Shown piece by piece: positions 1 to 8,215 of a DNA stretch of 64,000 bases. The stretch lies in contig CAYQEG010000010.1 of NCBI GenBank assembly GCA_964416435.1, positions 3,488-67,487 on the forward strand, in the 5' to 3' direction. How positions within the stretch are numbered: position 1 is the stretch's first letter; each line of letters starts with the position of its first letter. This DNA comes from an uncultured Rickettsiales bacterium. Its GTDB lineage: Bacteria > Myxococcota_A > UBA796 > UBA9615. The notes under the pieces were generated by a model. That model did not search any database, was not told where the DNA came from, and worked only from the letters and a program-made list of their open reading frames with translations. The position numbers were made by a program, and so were the translations under genes.

Positions 1-1
1 C

Positions 2-196
2 TTTGTGTCCGTCGCCTTCCCGGCCATCTCCACCGGCGTCTACGGCTACCCGAAGGACAAGGCCGCCATCGAGGCCTCCACCGCGATCGCCGAGCACTTC
101 GCCGGCGAGACGTCGGTGGAGCGCGTGCTCCTCGTCTTCTTCCACCCGTCCGACGCCGAGACCTTCGCCGCCCACTCGCCGCTGGAATCCCCATGA
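2..196 (+). CDS. Macro-domain protein (O-acetyl-ADP-ribose deacetylase-like), C-terminal fragment; the gene begins upstream of the window
   Basis: Translation VAFPAISTGVYGYPKDKAA is the conserved macro-domain core; the frame runs in from the window edge. Confidence 0.6.
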   Translation, partial: FVSVAFPAISTGVYGYPKDKAAIEASTAIAEHFAGETSVERVLLVFFHPSDAETFAAHSPLESP

Positions 197-582
197 CCAC
201 CGTCGCGTGCGCCGGGTGCGGCACCCTGGTCGACCCCGCCGTCGCGATCCTGGGCGACGACGGCAAGCCCATCTGCGATTCGTGCGAGTCGGACCAGATG
301 GTCGCGGGGGGCTTCGACAAGGTGCTCGGCGGCTATGCCGCCGGCGCGCTGGGAGCCGGGCTCTTCTCCGTCTGCTTCAACCCCCTCTTCCTCCTCTCCA
401 TCGCCGCGCTCCTCGCCGCCGTCGGCGGCACCTTCGCGATCATCCAGAGCGCCGACATCCGCGAGAGCGCCAAGCGCAAGCCGTGGTTCCCCGTGATGAT
501 GGGGCTCGGCGCCGCCGCGGCGTTGGTCCAGCCGGCCCTGTTCATGCTGCAGGTGCTGGTGAGCGCGGCGACCGGCTACTGA
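193..582 (+). CDS. Hypothetical small membrane protein with N-terminal Cys4 zinc-ribbon (CAGCG...CDSC) and two TM helices
   Basis: ORF in track; ATGA overlap with upstream macro gene; hydrophobic C-terminal half. Confidence 0.5.
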   Translation: MTTVACAGCGTLVDPAVAILGDDGKPICDSCESDQMVAGGFDKVLGGYAAGALGAGLFSVCFNPLFLLSIAALLAAVGGTFAIIQSADIRESAKRKPWFPVMMGLGAAAALVQPALFMLQVLVSAATGY

Positions 583-1880
583 CGGATCAGCCGCACCTCG
601 ACGACCTCCGCCGGACGTCGCCCCGACTGCACCGTCACCCGCACCCCCTCCAGCCGCGCCGTGCCCTCGGGTCGCCAGATCCACGTCCACTCGTCGCGAC
701 CGGGACCGTGCTCCACGACCGCGTCTCCCTCGCCGACGATCCCGCCGCCGACCTGCAGCCCCTCGACGGAGACCCTGCGGGCCTCTCCCCGGAGCACCAC
801 CTCGACCCGGTCGATGCGACGCGCGGGCCCCTCCAGCCGCGCCTCCACGACGCCGCGCCGAACGCGAGGTCGGAGCACCGACCAGGCGCCGTCCGGCTCG
901 CGGCGGAGCGGGCCGACCGCGAGCCGCGCCCCGTCCACCCGCTCACCACGCCAGAACCGCGCCCCCTGCGTGCCGTCCGCGAGGTGGTGGGGCAGGTCGA
1001 ACGCCGTCACCACCGACGCGTGGTCCCGGGCGGCCCGGTACTGCGCCTCCAGCCGCTCCAGGCTCGGCGTCTCCCAGTTCGGCCCGAACAGCTCGACGTC
1101 GGCCCACAGCGTCGCGCCGGCCCGGTCCGCGCAGCGGTGCATCAGCTGGTACAGCGCCGGCGCGAGCAGCACGTCGAGGTGGGCGCTGCCGACCCCATCC
1201 ATCACGACGACGACGTCGGGGTCGGCCCCCTGAACGTAGCGGCACCAGGAGATCGGCAGCAGGTTCGCCTGCCCTCGCCCCGACGGCCCCATCACGATGG
1301 CGACCGGGTGCCCCGTCAGCACCCTCAGCCGCGCCACCGCCTCGGCCGTGATCGCGGTCAGCCGCTCCAGCCGGAACCCCCGCGGGGGCGTCCACCAGAC
1401 GGCCTCCGGCGTGTAGTACCAACCCGCCAGGGCCGGGTGGTCGCCGTACCGGGACGCCGCGACGGTCGCCAGCTCGGTGCCCGTCTCCATCGCCTTGCGC
1501 CAGACCGCGAGCGGCACGTTGCGGGTCCGCCAGATCGCCGGGTTCTCCCACGTGCCCAGCCACACCTGCAGCCCGCGGGCGTGGGCCTCGTCCATCAGCA
1601 CCCGGATCGGGTCCCGCCCGTCGGACAGCTTCGCGTCGAGCAAGCTCTGCTCACCGTGGGCGATCCACTGGACGACGATGCCGCGCGTGCCCGCGGCGGA
1701 CGCCCGGTCGAGGTCCTCCCGCATCTGGACGACATCGCCGGTGGAGCCGGCGAGGTTGGGCTGCCAGAACAGGTAGTCGAAGGTCGGCTGGGCCGCCGCG
1801 GGCGACGGCCCGGCCCCCAGCGTGGCGGCGACGAGCGCCGCCGCCAGGATCAGCCGGCCTTGCAGACGCGCACCTCCCAG
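576..1880 (-). CDS. Exported glycoside-hydrolase-like TIM-barrel protein (DUF4434-like); start codon uncertain, possibly CTG or further upstream with an SRRRLL Tat-like motif
   Basis: Signal peptide LILAAALVAATLGAGPSPAAAQP, then GIVVQWIAHG...LQVWLGTWENP; the ORF-track N-terminus (to 2567) overlaps the upstream gene and is likely artifact. Confidence 0.4.
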   Translation of the reverse strand: MGGARLQGRLILAAALVAATLGAGPSPAAAQPTFDYLFWQPNLAGSTGDVVQMREDLDRASAAGTRGIVVQWIAHGEQSLLDAKLSDGRDPIRVLMDEAHARGLQVWLGTWENPAIWRTRNVPLAVWRKAMETGTELATVAASRYGDHPALAGWYYTPEAVWWTPPRGFRLERLTAITAEAVARLRVLTGHPVAIVMGPSGRGQANLLPISWCRYVQGADPDVVVVMDGVGSAHLDVLLAPALYQLMHRCADRAGATLWADVELFGPNWETPSLERLEAQYRAARDHASVVTAFDLPHHLADGTQGARFWRGERVDGARLAVGPLRREPDGAWSVLRPRVRRGVVEARLEGPARRIDRVEVVLRGEARRVSVEGLQVGGGIVGEGDAVVEHGPGRDEWTWIWRPEGTARLEGVRVTVQSGRRPAEVVEVRLIRQ

Positions 1881-3196
1881 GAGCCGGCGCCGGCTCCCCT
1901 GGTGTCGACGATGACCTCGTCCAGGGGGCTGTCGTAGGCGTCGGACAGCTCGACGAAGAACATCCCCGAGTTGGGCAGCAGCTTGCTCCGGGTGACCTCG
2001 ACCCGCTCGGCCCGCGCGCCCTGCACGAAGGTCAGGTCGAAGTCCGTCAGCGACGTGTCCGTCAGCTTCACGCCGACGTACCAGTCGTGGCCCGCCGCCC
2101 CGACCGAGCGCTCCACCGCGACCTTCGGCCGGTCGCCGCCCAGCTGACCCTTGCCGCTGGCGGCGGGCGAGGGGCACCAGCCCCACGCCGCCGGCACGAC
2201 GCGCCGAAGCGCCGCGGGATCGGCGAAGCCGTCGGTGTCGTTCATCTCCCAGATCAGCACCTTGGGCGTGCCCCGCTGGTACTCGCGGGACGTCAGCCAC
2301 GCCTCGATCGACGTGTAGGTGCCGCCCCCCTCGACCGCCAGGTTGAGCAGGTCCGCGCCGAGGCTGTAGCGGAGCAGCGCCGCGAAGCTGTCCTCGAAGA
2401 TCGGCCCGCCCGAGACCAGGTCGTAGTCCTGGCGGCGGCTCTGGCTCGTGCCGACGAGCACCACCTCCGGCGCGGCCACGTCCCCGAGCAGCGACTCGGC
2501 GCTCACCTCTTCGTCCGACGTCGCCTTGTAGGCGACCGACTCCGTGGCCGGCAGGTCGATCTTGCACTTGTCGACCACGATGAAGCGGTAGGTGCCCGAG
2601 TACTTGACCGCGCGCTCCTTCAGCTCGAACGCCGTCTTGGGCACCGACGCCCAGGTCGGCAGCGCCGCCAGCTGGCGGGCCAGCTCCTCCGCCACCACCC
2701 TCTCCGCCGCGGTGCTCCAGTGGTGGTCGCGGTCCATGAACATGTCCGGCCCGAGGCCGCTGCTCTTGCCCAGCTCGACGACGTCGATGACGTTCCAGCC
2801 GGCCGCGCGGAGCTCCTTCACCTTGCGGGCGTAGGACGCCGCCATCGAACCGTCGGCGTAGCCGGAGAACTCCGACCTGCTGCGGTCGAGCTTGGACTCC
2901 GAGAGGGTCAGCCGGCCCGGCACGTCCACGAGGTAGGGGGCGACCCCCTTCGCCCGCAGCGCCGTCGCCAGCCGGGCCAGCGGCGCGGTGCTCGAGCCGA
3001 GGTCGCCCGGCACGAGCAGCTCGCCCTTTGCGAACACCCAGCCGTCCTGGCCCTGCTCCGCGATGACCGCCCAGCGGTCGTGGGGGGCGAACTGGCTCGG
3101 ATCCTTGGCCGCGTCGCAGACCTCGAAGGCGGCGGCGGCGCCCGGCAGCAGCAACGTCAACGCGAACAGCAGGGCGGTGGCACGGGTCGCGGTCAT
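1850..3196 (-). CDS. AlgX/AlgJ-family periplasmic SGNH-like polysaccharide O-acetyltransferase (AlgX-like, cleavable signal peptide)
   Basis: Signal peptide MTATRATALLFALTLLLPGAAAA; DRDHHWS motif paralogous to the DTHW motif of the adjacent AlgJ-like protein; 4-nt overlap with upstream gene. Confidence 0.6.
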   Translation of the reverse strand: MTATRATALLFALTLLLPGAAAAFEVCDAAKDPSQFAPHDRWAVIAEQGQDGWVFAKGELLVPGDLGSSTAPLARLATALRAKGVAPYLVDVPGRLTLSESKLDRSRSEFSGYADGSMAASYARKVKELRAAGWNVIDVVELGKSSGLGPDMFMDRDHHWSTAAERVVAEELARQLAALPTWASVPKTAFELKERAVKYSGTYRFIVVDKCKIDLPATESVAYKATSDEEVSAESLLGDVAAPEVVLVGTSQSRRQDYDLVSGGPIFEDSFAALLRYSLGADLLNLAVEGGGTYTSIEAWLTSREYQRGTPKVLIWEMNDTDGFADPAALRRVVPAAWGWCPSPAASGKGQLGGDRPKVAVERSVGAAGHDWYVGVKLTDTSLTDFDLTFVQGARAERVEVTRSKLLPNSGMFFVELSDAYDSPLDEVIVDTRGAGAGSWEVRVCKAG

Positions 3197-4308
3197 TCTT
3201 CGTCTCCGGGGAGTGTCAGATCGTAAGACACAGCCAGGTAGCGTTCCGGGATCTCCCAGATCACGAGCAGCGGCGGCGCGTCCGTGATCTCGGGGCCGCC
3301 AAGATACGTCCGCATCGGCGCGAACGGGCCGCCCCCCTCCTCGGCGACGTTCAGCACGTCGGCCTGCAGGCCCTGCTTGAGCGCACCCGAGAAGTTCCAG
3401 AGCGGGTTGAACGAGTAGGACGTGCCGACCAGCGCCACCATCGGCGCCCCGGCGTCCCCGAACAGCGCCGCGCTGAGGTCCTCGCCCGCTCCCTGCACCT
3501 CGCTCGTCTCCTGCGGGACCAGCTCGTCGGGCGCCGGGCCGTACTCCTGGAGCACACCGAGGCGCAGGTAGTTCAGCAGGTCGCCCGAGTGCTCGACCGG
3601 GGCGCCGGGCTGCGTGTCGAAGGCCTTGCTCGGCAGGCCCCCGGCGATCCCGGCGGCCCGCAGGTCGGCGACCAGCGCGTCCGCTGCGATGCGCGCTCCG
3701 TCGGGCGTCCAGTGGGTGTCGGTGCGCAGGAACGTGGTCGCGCAGTCAGACGCATCCAGGGCGGCTTCGAGGTCGGGGACGCGGACGCGGCCGTCGACCA
3801 GCGCGCTCCGGACCGCCGCGTAGCGCCCCGGCGCGTGCAGCGGGTAGCGCCCCAGCTTGTCGTCGCAGATCCGCGCCTTGGCCGGCACCAGCGCCACCAC
3901 CAGGTCGATCCGCTGCGCCTCCAGCAGGCCGTGCACCCGCCGGATGAACGCCACCTTGGCCTCCACCTCCGCCTCCTCGTCGGGCAGCGCCTCGAACTCC
4001 TCGGACGTGAACAGGAAGCCGTCGGAGCCCACCAGCGCCCCTCGTCGGGCGGTGCGGAAGCCGAACCACTCGAGCGCCCCCCAGGTCGCGATGCCGAAGT
4101 CCCGGCTCGGCAGCGCCTCGTCGAACTCGTGCTCCCAGCGCGCGGTCCACTCGCCGTGCAGGAAGTCGGCGTCCTCCGGGGCGGTGCGGGCCGCCTTCGT
4201 GGTCAGCGACGACAGGCCCCCGGCGACCAGCAGGACGATGAAGATCACCGCCTGCGCCCGGCTCTGGCTGGCGCCCTTGTGCAGCGGGTCGAGGAAGTCC
4301 TTGGCCAT
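3193..4308 (-). CDS. algJ: Alginate O-acetylation protein AlgJ-like (type II membrane anchor + SGNH-like domain)
   Basis: N-terminal TM VIFIVLLVAGGLSSL; FLRTDTHWTPDG motif typical of AlgJ/AlgX; start overlaps the algI stop codon by 1 nt. Confidence 0.65.
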   Translation of the reverse strand: MAKDFLDPLHKGASQSRAQAVIFIVLLVAGGLSSLTTKAARTAPEDADFLHGEWTARWEHEFDEALPSRDFGIATWGALEWFGFRTARRGALVGSDGFLFTSEEFEALPDEEAEVEAKVAFIRRVHGLLEAQRIDLVVALVPAKARICDDKLGRYPLHAPGRYAAVRSALVDGRVRVPDLEAALDASDCATTFLRTDTHWTPDGARIAADALVADLRAAGIAGGLPSKAFDTQPGAPVEHSGDLLNYLRLGVLQEYGPAPDELVPQETSEVQGAGEDLSAALFGDAGAPMVALVGTSYSFNPLWNFSGALKQGLQADVLNVAEEGGGPFAPMRTYLGGPEITDAPPLLVIWEIPERYLAVSYDLTLPGDEE

Positions 4309-5726
4309 CAGAACTGGAAGTAGAGGAAGGGGGAGTAGGACTGCGCCGCGAGCCGGAGGACCGCGAACACGAACAGGGGGGTGATGACGAGGGGCGAGTG
4401 GGCGAAGCGGAGCCAGGACGTCTGCACGCCGTCGGCGTCCAGGGACGTCCAGCGAGGGGCCAGGTAGCAGAAGGCGATCCCGATCACGATGGTGGCCAGC
4501 TGCAGGCCGGTGACCTGCCAGGACAGGGCGTCGCTCACCCCGAAGCCGTTGAGGCCGATCAGGCCCGCGTACATCGAGCCGGCCGCGCTCAGCGACTCGG
4601 CCCGGAACACCACCCAGCCGATGATCACCAGCACCATCGTCCAGCCGATCCGGCCGACGGTGCGGCTCTTCTCATTCTTGTTGTGACGGAACCCCCGGTT
4701 GCGCTCCAGCGCCAGGATGATCCCGTGCCAGAAGCCCCAGACGATGAACGTCCAGTTGGCGCCGTGCCACATGCCGCCGAGCACCATCGTCGCCATCAGG
4801 TTGATGTACGTGCGCTTCTCGCCCTTCCGGCTGCCGCCGAGGGAGATGTACAGGTAGTCCCGCAGCCAGGAGCTGAGGGACAGGTGCCAGCGGCGCCAGA
4901 ACTCGGTGATCGACGCGCTGATGTACGGGTGGTCGAAGTTCTCGGGGAACCGGAACCCGATCATCAGGGCCAGGCCGATCGCCATGTCGGAGTAGCCGGA
5001 GAAGTCGAAGAACAGCTGGAGCGTGTAGGCGATCGTGCCCAGCCAGGCGTCCCCCATCGTCGGGTCCGACAGCGCGAACGACGCGTCGACGAGCGGCGAG
5101 ATCGAGTCGGCGATCAGCACCTTCTTGCTGAAGCCCGCCATGAACCGGCTGACTCCGCGGCTGAACTTCTCCTTGGTGTGGGTGCGGTGCCGGAACTGCT
5201 CGGCGACCACGTTGTAGCGGATGACCGGGCCGGCGATGAGCTGGGCGAACAGCGCGATGAACGCCGCGAAGTCGATGAAGTTCCGGGCCGGGCGGCTGGT
5301 CCCCCGGTAGATGTCGATCAGGTACGACATCGCCTGGAAGATGAAGAACGACAGGCCGATCGGCAGGATGATCCGCGTCCAGGCGAGCGGCTCCAGCCCC
5401 ATCGCGCCGAGCAGCGCGTTGAAGCTGTCGACCCCGAAGTTGGCGTACTTGAAGTAGCCCAGCGCGCCGAGGTTGCCGACCACCCCCGCCCACAGCCAGC
5501 GCCTCTTGCCGACCGCCGTGACCGCCGCTTCCATCCGGTGCGCGCACAGGTAGCTGCCCGCGGTGACCCCGATCAGCAGCCCCAGGAAGTCGGGCCGCCA
5601 CCAGCCGTAGAAGAACCAGCTCGCCGCCAGGATCCACGCCGATCGGTGCTTCTCGGGGAGCAGGTAGTAGACCCCCAGGAAGACCGGCAGGAACCCGAAG
5701 AGAAATACGTAGGAGCTGAAGACCAT
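4308..5726 (-). CDS. algI: MBOAT-family membrane O-acetyltransferase AlgI
   Basis: 472 aa multi-TM protein with the conserved MBOAT His region (WRRWHLSLSSWLRDYLYISLGG, MWHGANW), like AlgI/DltB. Confidence 0.8.
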   Translation of the reverse strand: MVFSSYVFLFGFLPVFLGVYYLLPEKHRSAWILAASWFFYGWWRPDFLGLLIGVTAGSYLCAHRMEAAVTAVGKRRWLWAGVVGNLGALGYFKYANFGVDSFNALLGAMGLEPLAWTRIILPIGLSFFIFQAMSYLIDIYRGTSRPARNFIDFAAFIALFAQLIAGPVIRYNVVAEQFRHRTHTKEKFSRGVSRFMAGFSKKVLIADSISPLVDASFALSDPTMGDAWLGTIAYTLQLFFDFSGYSDMAIGLALMIGFRFPENFDHPYISASITEFWRRWHLSLSSWLRDYLYISLGGSRKGEKRTYINLMATMVLGGMWHGANWTFIVWGFWHGIILALERNRGFRHNKNEKSRTVGRIGWTMVLVIIGWVVFRAESLSAAGSMYAGLIGLNGFGVSDALSWQVTGLQLATIVIGIAFCYLAPRWTSLDADGVQTSWLRFAHSPLVITPLFVFAVLRLAAQSYSPFLYFQF

Positions 5727-5753
5727 CGGCGGCGGGGCGGATCGAGCGCGCGG

Positions 5754-6404
5754 TCAGCGCGTCGTGGTCTCGTTCTGGATCCAGACGGGGGCGACGCCGT
5801 CGTCCGATGGGAAGATCAAGAAGCTGTAGGCGTTGCCACGCTCCAGCTGCAGACCGGCGATCGGCGCCGACGCGCCGCCGGCGCCGAAGGCCGCGAGGTC
5901 GACCTTGATCCCGTTGACCTCCCGGCTGCCGACCCCCCGCCGGCCGACGCCTTCGATCAGCGCCACCGAGCCGTCCGCCGTCTTGAGGTCCCACGTGCCG
6001 TCGTCGGCGAGGTTGTAGAAGACCACCAGCGCCTTCGCCCGGGAGGACAGGGTGGGATCGCTCAGCAGCGCCGGCTCACCCGCCGCGGTCAGCGCGACGG
6101 TGTAGAAGCCGCCCGCCTTCAGCTCGAAGGATGCCTTGGCGGATCCGGCGACGAGGTCGCGGGTTCCCTCGGCGACCACCCGGTACAGCGTCGAGGTGCG
6201 CGGCGCCACCGAGCCGAAGTCCCGGTCCCCCAGGGTCACGCCCACCGGCACCGCGCCGGCGTTGACCACGCGCACGAACGCGCTGCCCTCGGGCGGCTCG
6301 GGGTCGTACAGCGTGTCCTGGGCCGTCCCCGCCGCGGGCACGAGCAACAGGGAGCAGAGAAGGCCCATCAGGGCGCAGCGACGGGTCAACTGGGCGTGGT
6401 GCAT
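5754..6404 (-). CDS. algF: Alginate O-acetylation periplasmic protein AlgF homolog
   Basis: 216 aa with signal peptide; LYDPEPPEGSAFVRVVNAG, KALVVFYNL...LKTADG and PVWIQ align to P. aeruginosa AlgF (LYGPQAPKGSAFVRAYNAG, KALVRVQNL...LKTADG, PVWV). Confidence 0.75.
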   Translation of the reverse strand: MHHAQLTRRCALMGLLCSLLLVPAAGTAQDTLYDPEPPEGSAFVRVVNAGAVPVGVTLGDRDFGSVAPRTSTLYRVVAEGTRDLVAGSAKASFELKAGGFYTVALTAAGEPALLSDPTLSSRAKALVVFYNLADDGTWDLKTADGSVALIEGVGRRGVGSREVNGIKVDLAAFGAGGASAPIAGLQLERGNAYSFLIFPSDDGVAPVWIQNETTTR

Positions 6405-6446
6405 AGGAGGGTAGGACCGTGCGTGAGTCGAAGCAGGTGCCCCGGA

Positions 6447-8090
6447 TCACCAGGAAGCATAGCCGGCCAGGATCGCCCTCAGCTCGGCATATCCCAGGGT
6501 CTCCGGTGGCGGGTCGATGCTGAAGAGCCCGAAGTACGTCCCAGCGTGGATCCCGAGGTTCAGGTCGATGCCCACGGGGCCGCCCAGCCGCCAGCGGTGA
6601 CCGACGCCGAAGTCGATCAAATTGTTCCAGAAGTCGTTGCGCGCGTCCTTCGCGATCCGAACCTCGCCGAACGGCGCCCAGGCCACGGGGCCCGTCACCA
6701 GGTAGTGGAGGCTGACCCGCCCTCGGGCCGAGATGAAGAAGTTGTGCTCCGGGCGCAGCAGGTAGATCGCCTCGGCGTACACGTCTCCGCAGAACTGGAG
6801 GGTCGTGTAGACGGGCGCCCCGAACTCGAGCCGGCAGCCCGGGCTCTCGATGGCGAACACCGCCCCCGCGCGCACGTCGAGTTGCACCTTCTCCTGGCCG
6901 ATGTCGACCAGCGGGAACGCGGCGCCGACCTGGGCGAACAGGCTGACGCGGCGCTTCCAGAAGCGGAACAACACGCCGCCGCCGAGCATCGCGGTGTTGT
7001 CCGCGTAGATCAGCGGGAAGCCCTGCGGTCCCTGGGCTCGGGACGCCACATCGCGCGAGATCTGGAAGAAGATGTAGGGGTCCAGATCGACGTGCGGGAT
7101 CGGGTGGAGGTAGCCCCGCAGCCGCAGGAACGGCACGAAGTTGCTGAACGTCGTCGGGTGGAACCGGTGCCAGGCGTACCCCTCGAAGTAGACGTCGGCC
7201 CAGACCGGCTTCGCCGTGTAGCGCAGCTCGGCGCGGGCCTGCTTCGCCAGGTCCTCGTCATCGCCCCCGGCCGCCGCCTGGAAGTGGGAGCGGGCCGCGA
7301 AGTCCTTGCGATTGCCCTTGTCGACGTAGCCCCGCAGCAGCTCCACCAGCTGCACGTCGGCCCCCTCCTCGACCGCGCGGTCGTAGGCGGCGTCCGCCTC
7401 CTCCCACTCCTCGGCCTCGCGGTGGGCGTTGCCCTCCTCCAGGGCGAGGTACCAGTCGGGCTGCGGGGGCGGCCGGCTGGCCGCGAGCTGGGCCTCGGCC
7501 TGCGCCGCGACCTCCTCGTTGGGGCCGACCGTCGCCTCCTCGAGCAGCTCCAGCGCCTTCTCCTTGTCGCCGTCGAGCAAGGCGACGTAGGAGCGCTCGA
7601 ACGCGATCACCTGGGGGTCCGCCCCCAGCTCGGCGGCGAACTTCAGCGCCGCGTCGGCGCGGGCGAGCTCGCCCAGGTGCTTGTACTGCTCGGCGGTGGT
7701 CCGCCAGTGGGCCTGGAGGGCCTCCAGCTCCGTCTGGATCCGGGCCGAGAGCTCTTCGTCCGGGCCCGCGGCGGCGCGGATGAACGCCTTGCCGGAGCGC
7801 ACCTTGTCCGCGTCGGCGAGCCACTGGTAGCCGAGCTCGGCGGTGATCCGCTGGGCCGTGTCGGGGTCGGCGTCGGCGTCGACCGCGGCGTCGGCTCCCT
7901 CGAGCAACACCCGGAGGTCCTCCGGCTCGGCGCCGGCCTCCTTCTGCCCGTAGTACTCGCTCATCCACTGGTCGACCGTCCAGCCGGCGCGGTCGTCGTC
8001 CTGGGCGAGGGCGGGGGCGGCGATCAGCGCCACGAGCAGGGCCAACAGAGCGAACCGCTGTCGATGCCCGTGCTGGGTCCGCTGCCTCAT
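6447..8090 (-). CDS. Outer-membrane polysaccharide-export porin with N-terminal TPR-like helical domain (AlgK/AlgE- or PgaA/BcsC-like architecture)
   Basis: Signal peptide ending ALAQ; helical Ala/Glu-rich N-terminal half; beta-rich C-terminal half ending in aromatic AGYASW. Confidence 0.5.
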   Translation of the reverse strand: MRQRTQHGHRQRFALLALLVALIAAPALAQDDDRAGWTVDQWMSEYYGQKEAGAEPEDLRVLLEGADAAVDADADPDTAQRITAELGYQWLADADKVRSGKAFIRAAAGPDEELSARIQTELEALQAHWRTTAEQYKHLGELARADAALKFAAELGADPQVIAFERSYVALLDGDKEKALELLEEATVGPNEEVAAQAEAQLAASRPPPQPDWYLALEEGNAHREAEEWEEADAAYDRAVEEGADVQLVELLRGYVDKGNRKDFAARSHFQAAAGGDDEDLAKQARAELRYTAKPVWADVYFEGYAWHRFHPTTFSNFVPFLRLRGYLHPIPHVDLDPYIFFQISRDVASRAQGPQGFPLIYADNTAMLGGGVLFRFWKRRVSLFAQVGAAFPLVDIGQEKVQLDVRAGAVFAIESPGCRLEFGAPVYTTLQFCGDVYAEAIYLLRPEHNFFISARGRVSLHYLVTGPVAWAPFGEVRIAKDARNDFWNNLIDFGVGHRWRLGGPVGIDLNLGIHAGTYFGLFSIDPPPETLGYAELRAILAGYASW

Positions 8091-8215
8091 CGTCCTCCCG
8101 AACGCATGGGTATCCCCACCGACACCCTGCCCCGAAGCCTAGTGGATTGGCAAGTTGTGGAACGTCTCAGAGAGTCTCGATGTGCCCGAACTCGCTGGGG
8201 AAAGCGGTGAACGGC

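Noticed and set aside
3-1937. 644-aa plus-strand ORF with an Arg/Pro/Gly-rich translation
   Set aside because: It is antisense to the DUF4434-like and AlgX-like genes and has low-complexity composition with no motif. This is a typical high-GC frame artifact.
4398-8210. 1270-aa plus-strand ORF
   Set aside because: It is antisense to algI, algF and the TPR-porin. The translation is Arg/Gly/Val/Asp-rich without domains, so it is a spurious open frame in 72% GC DNA.
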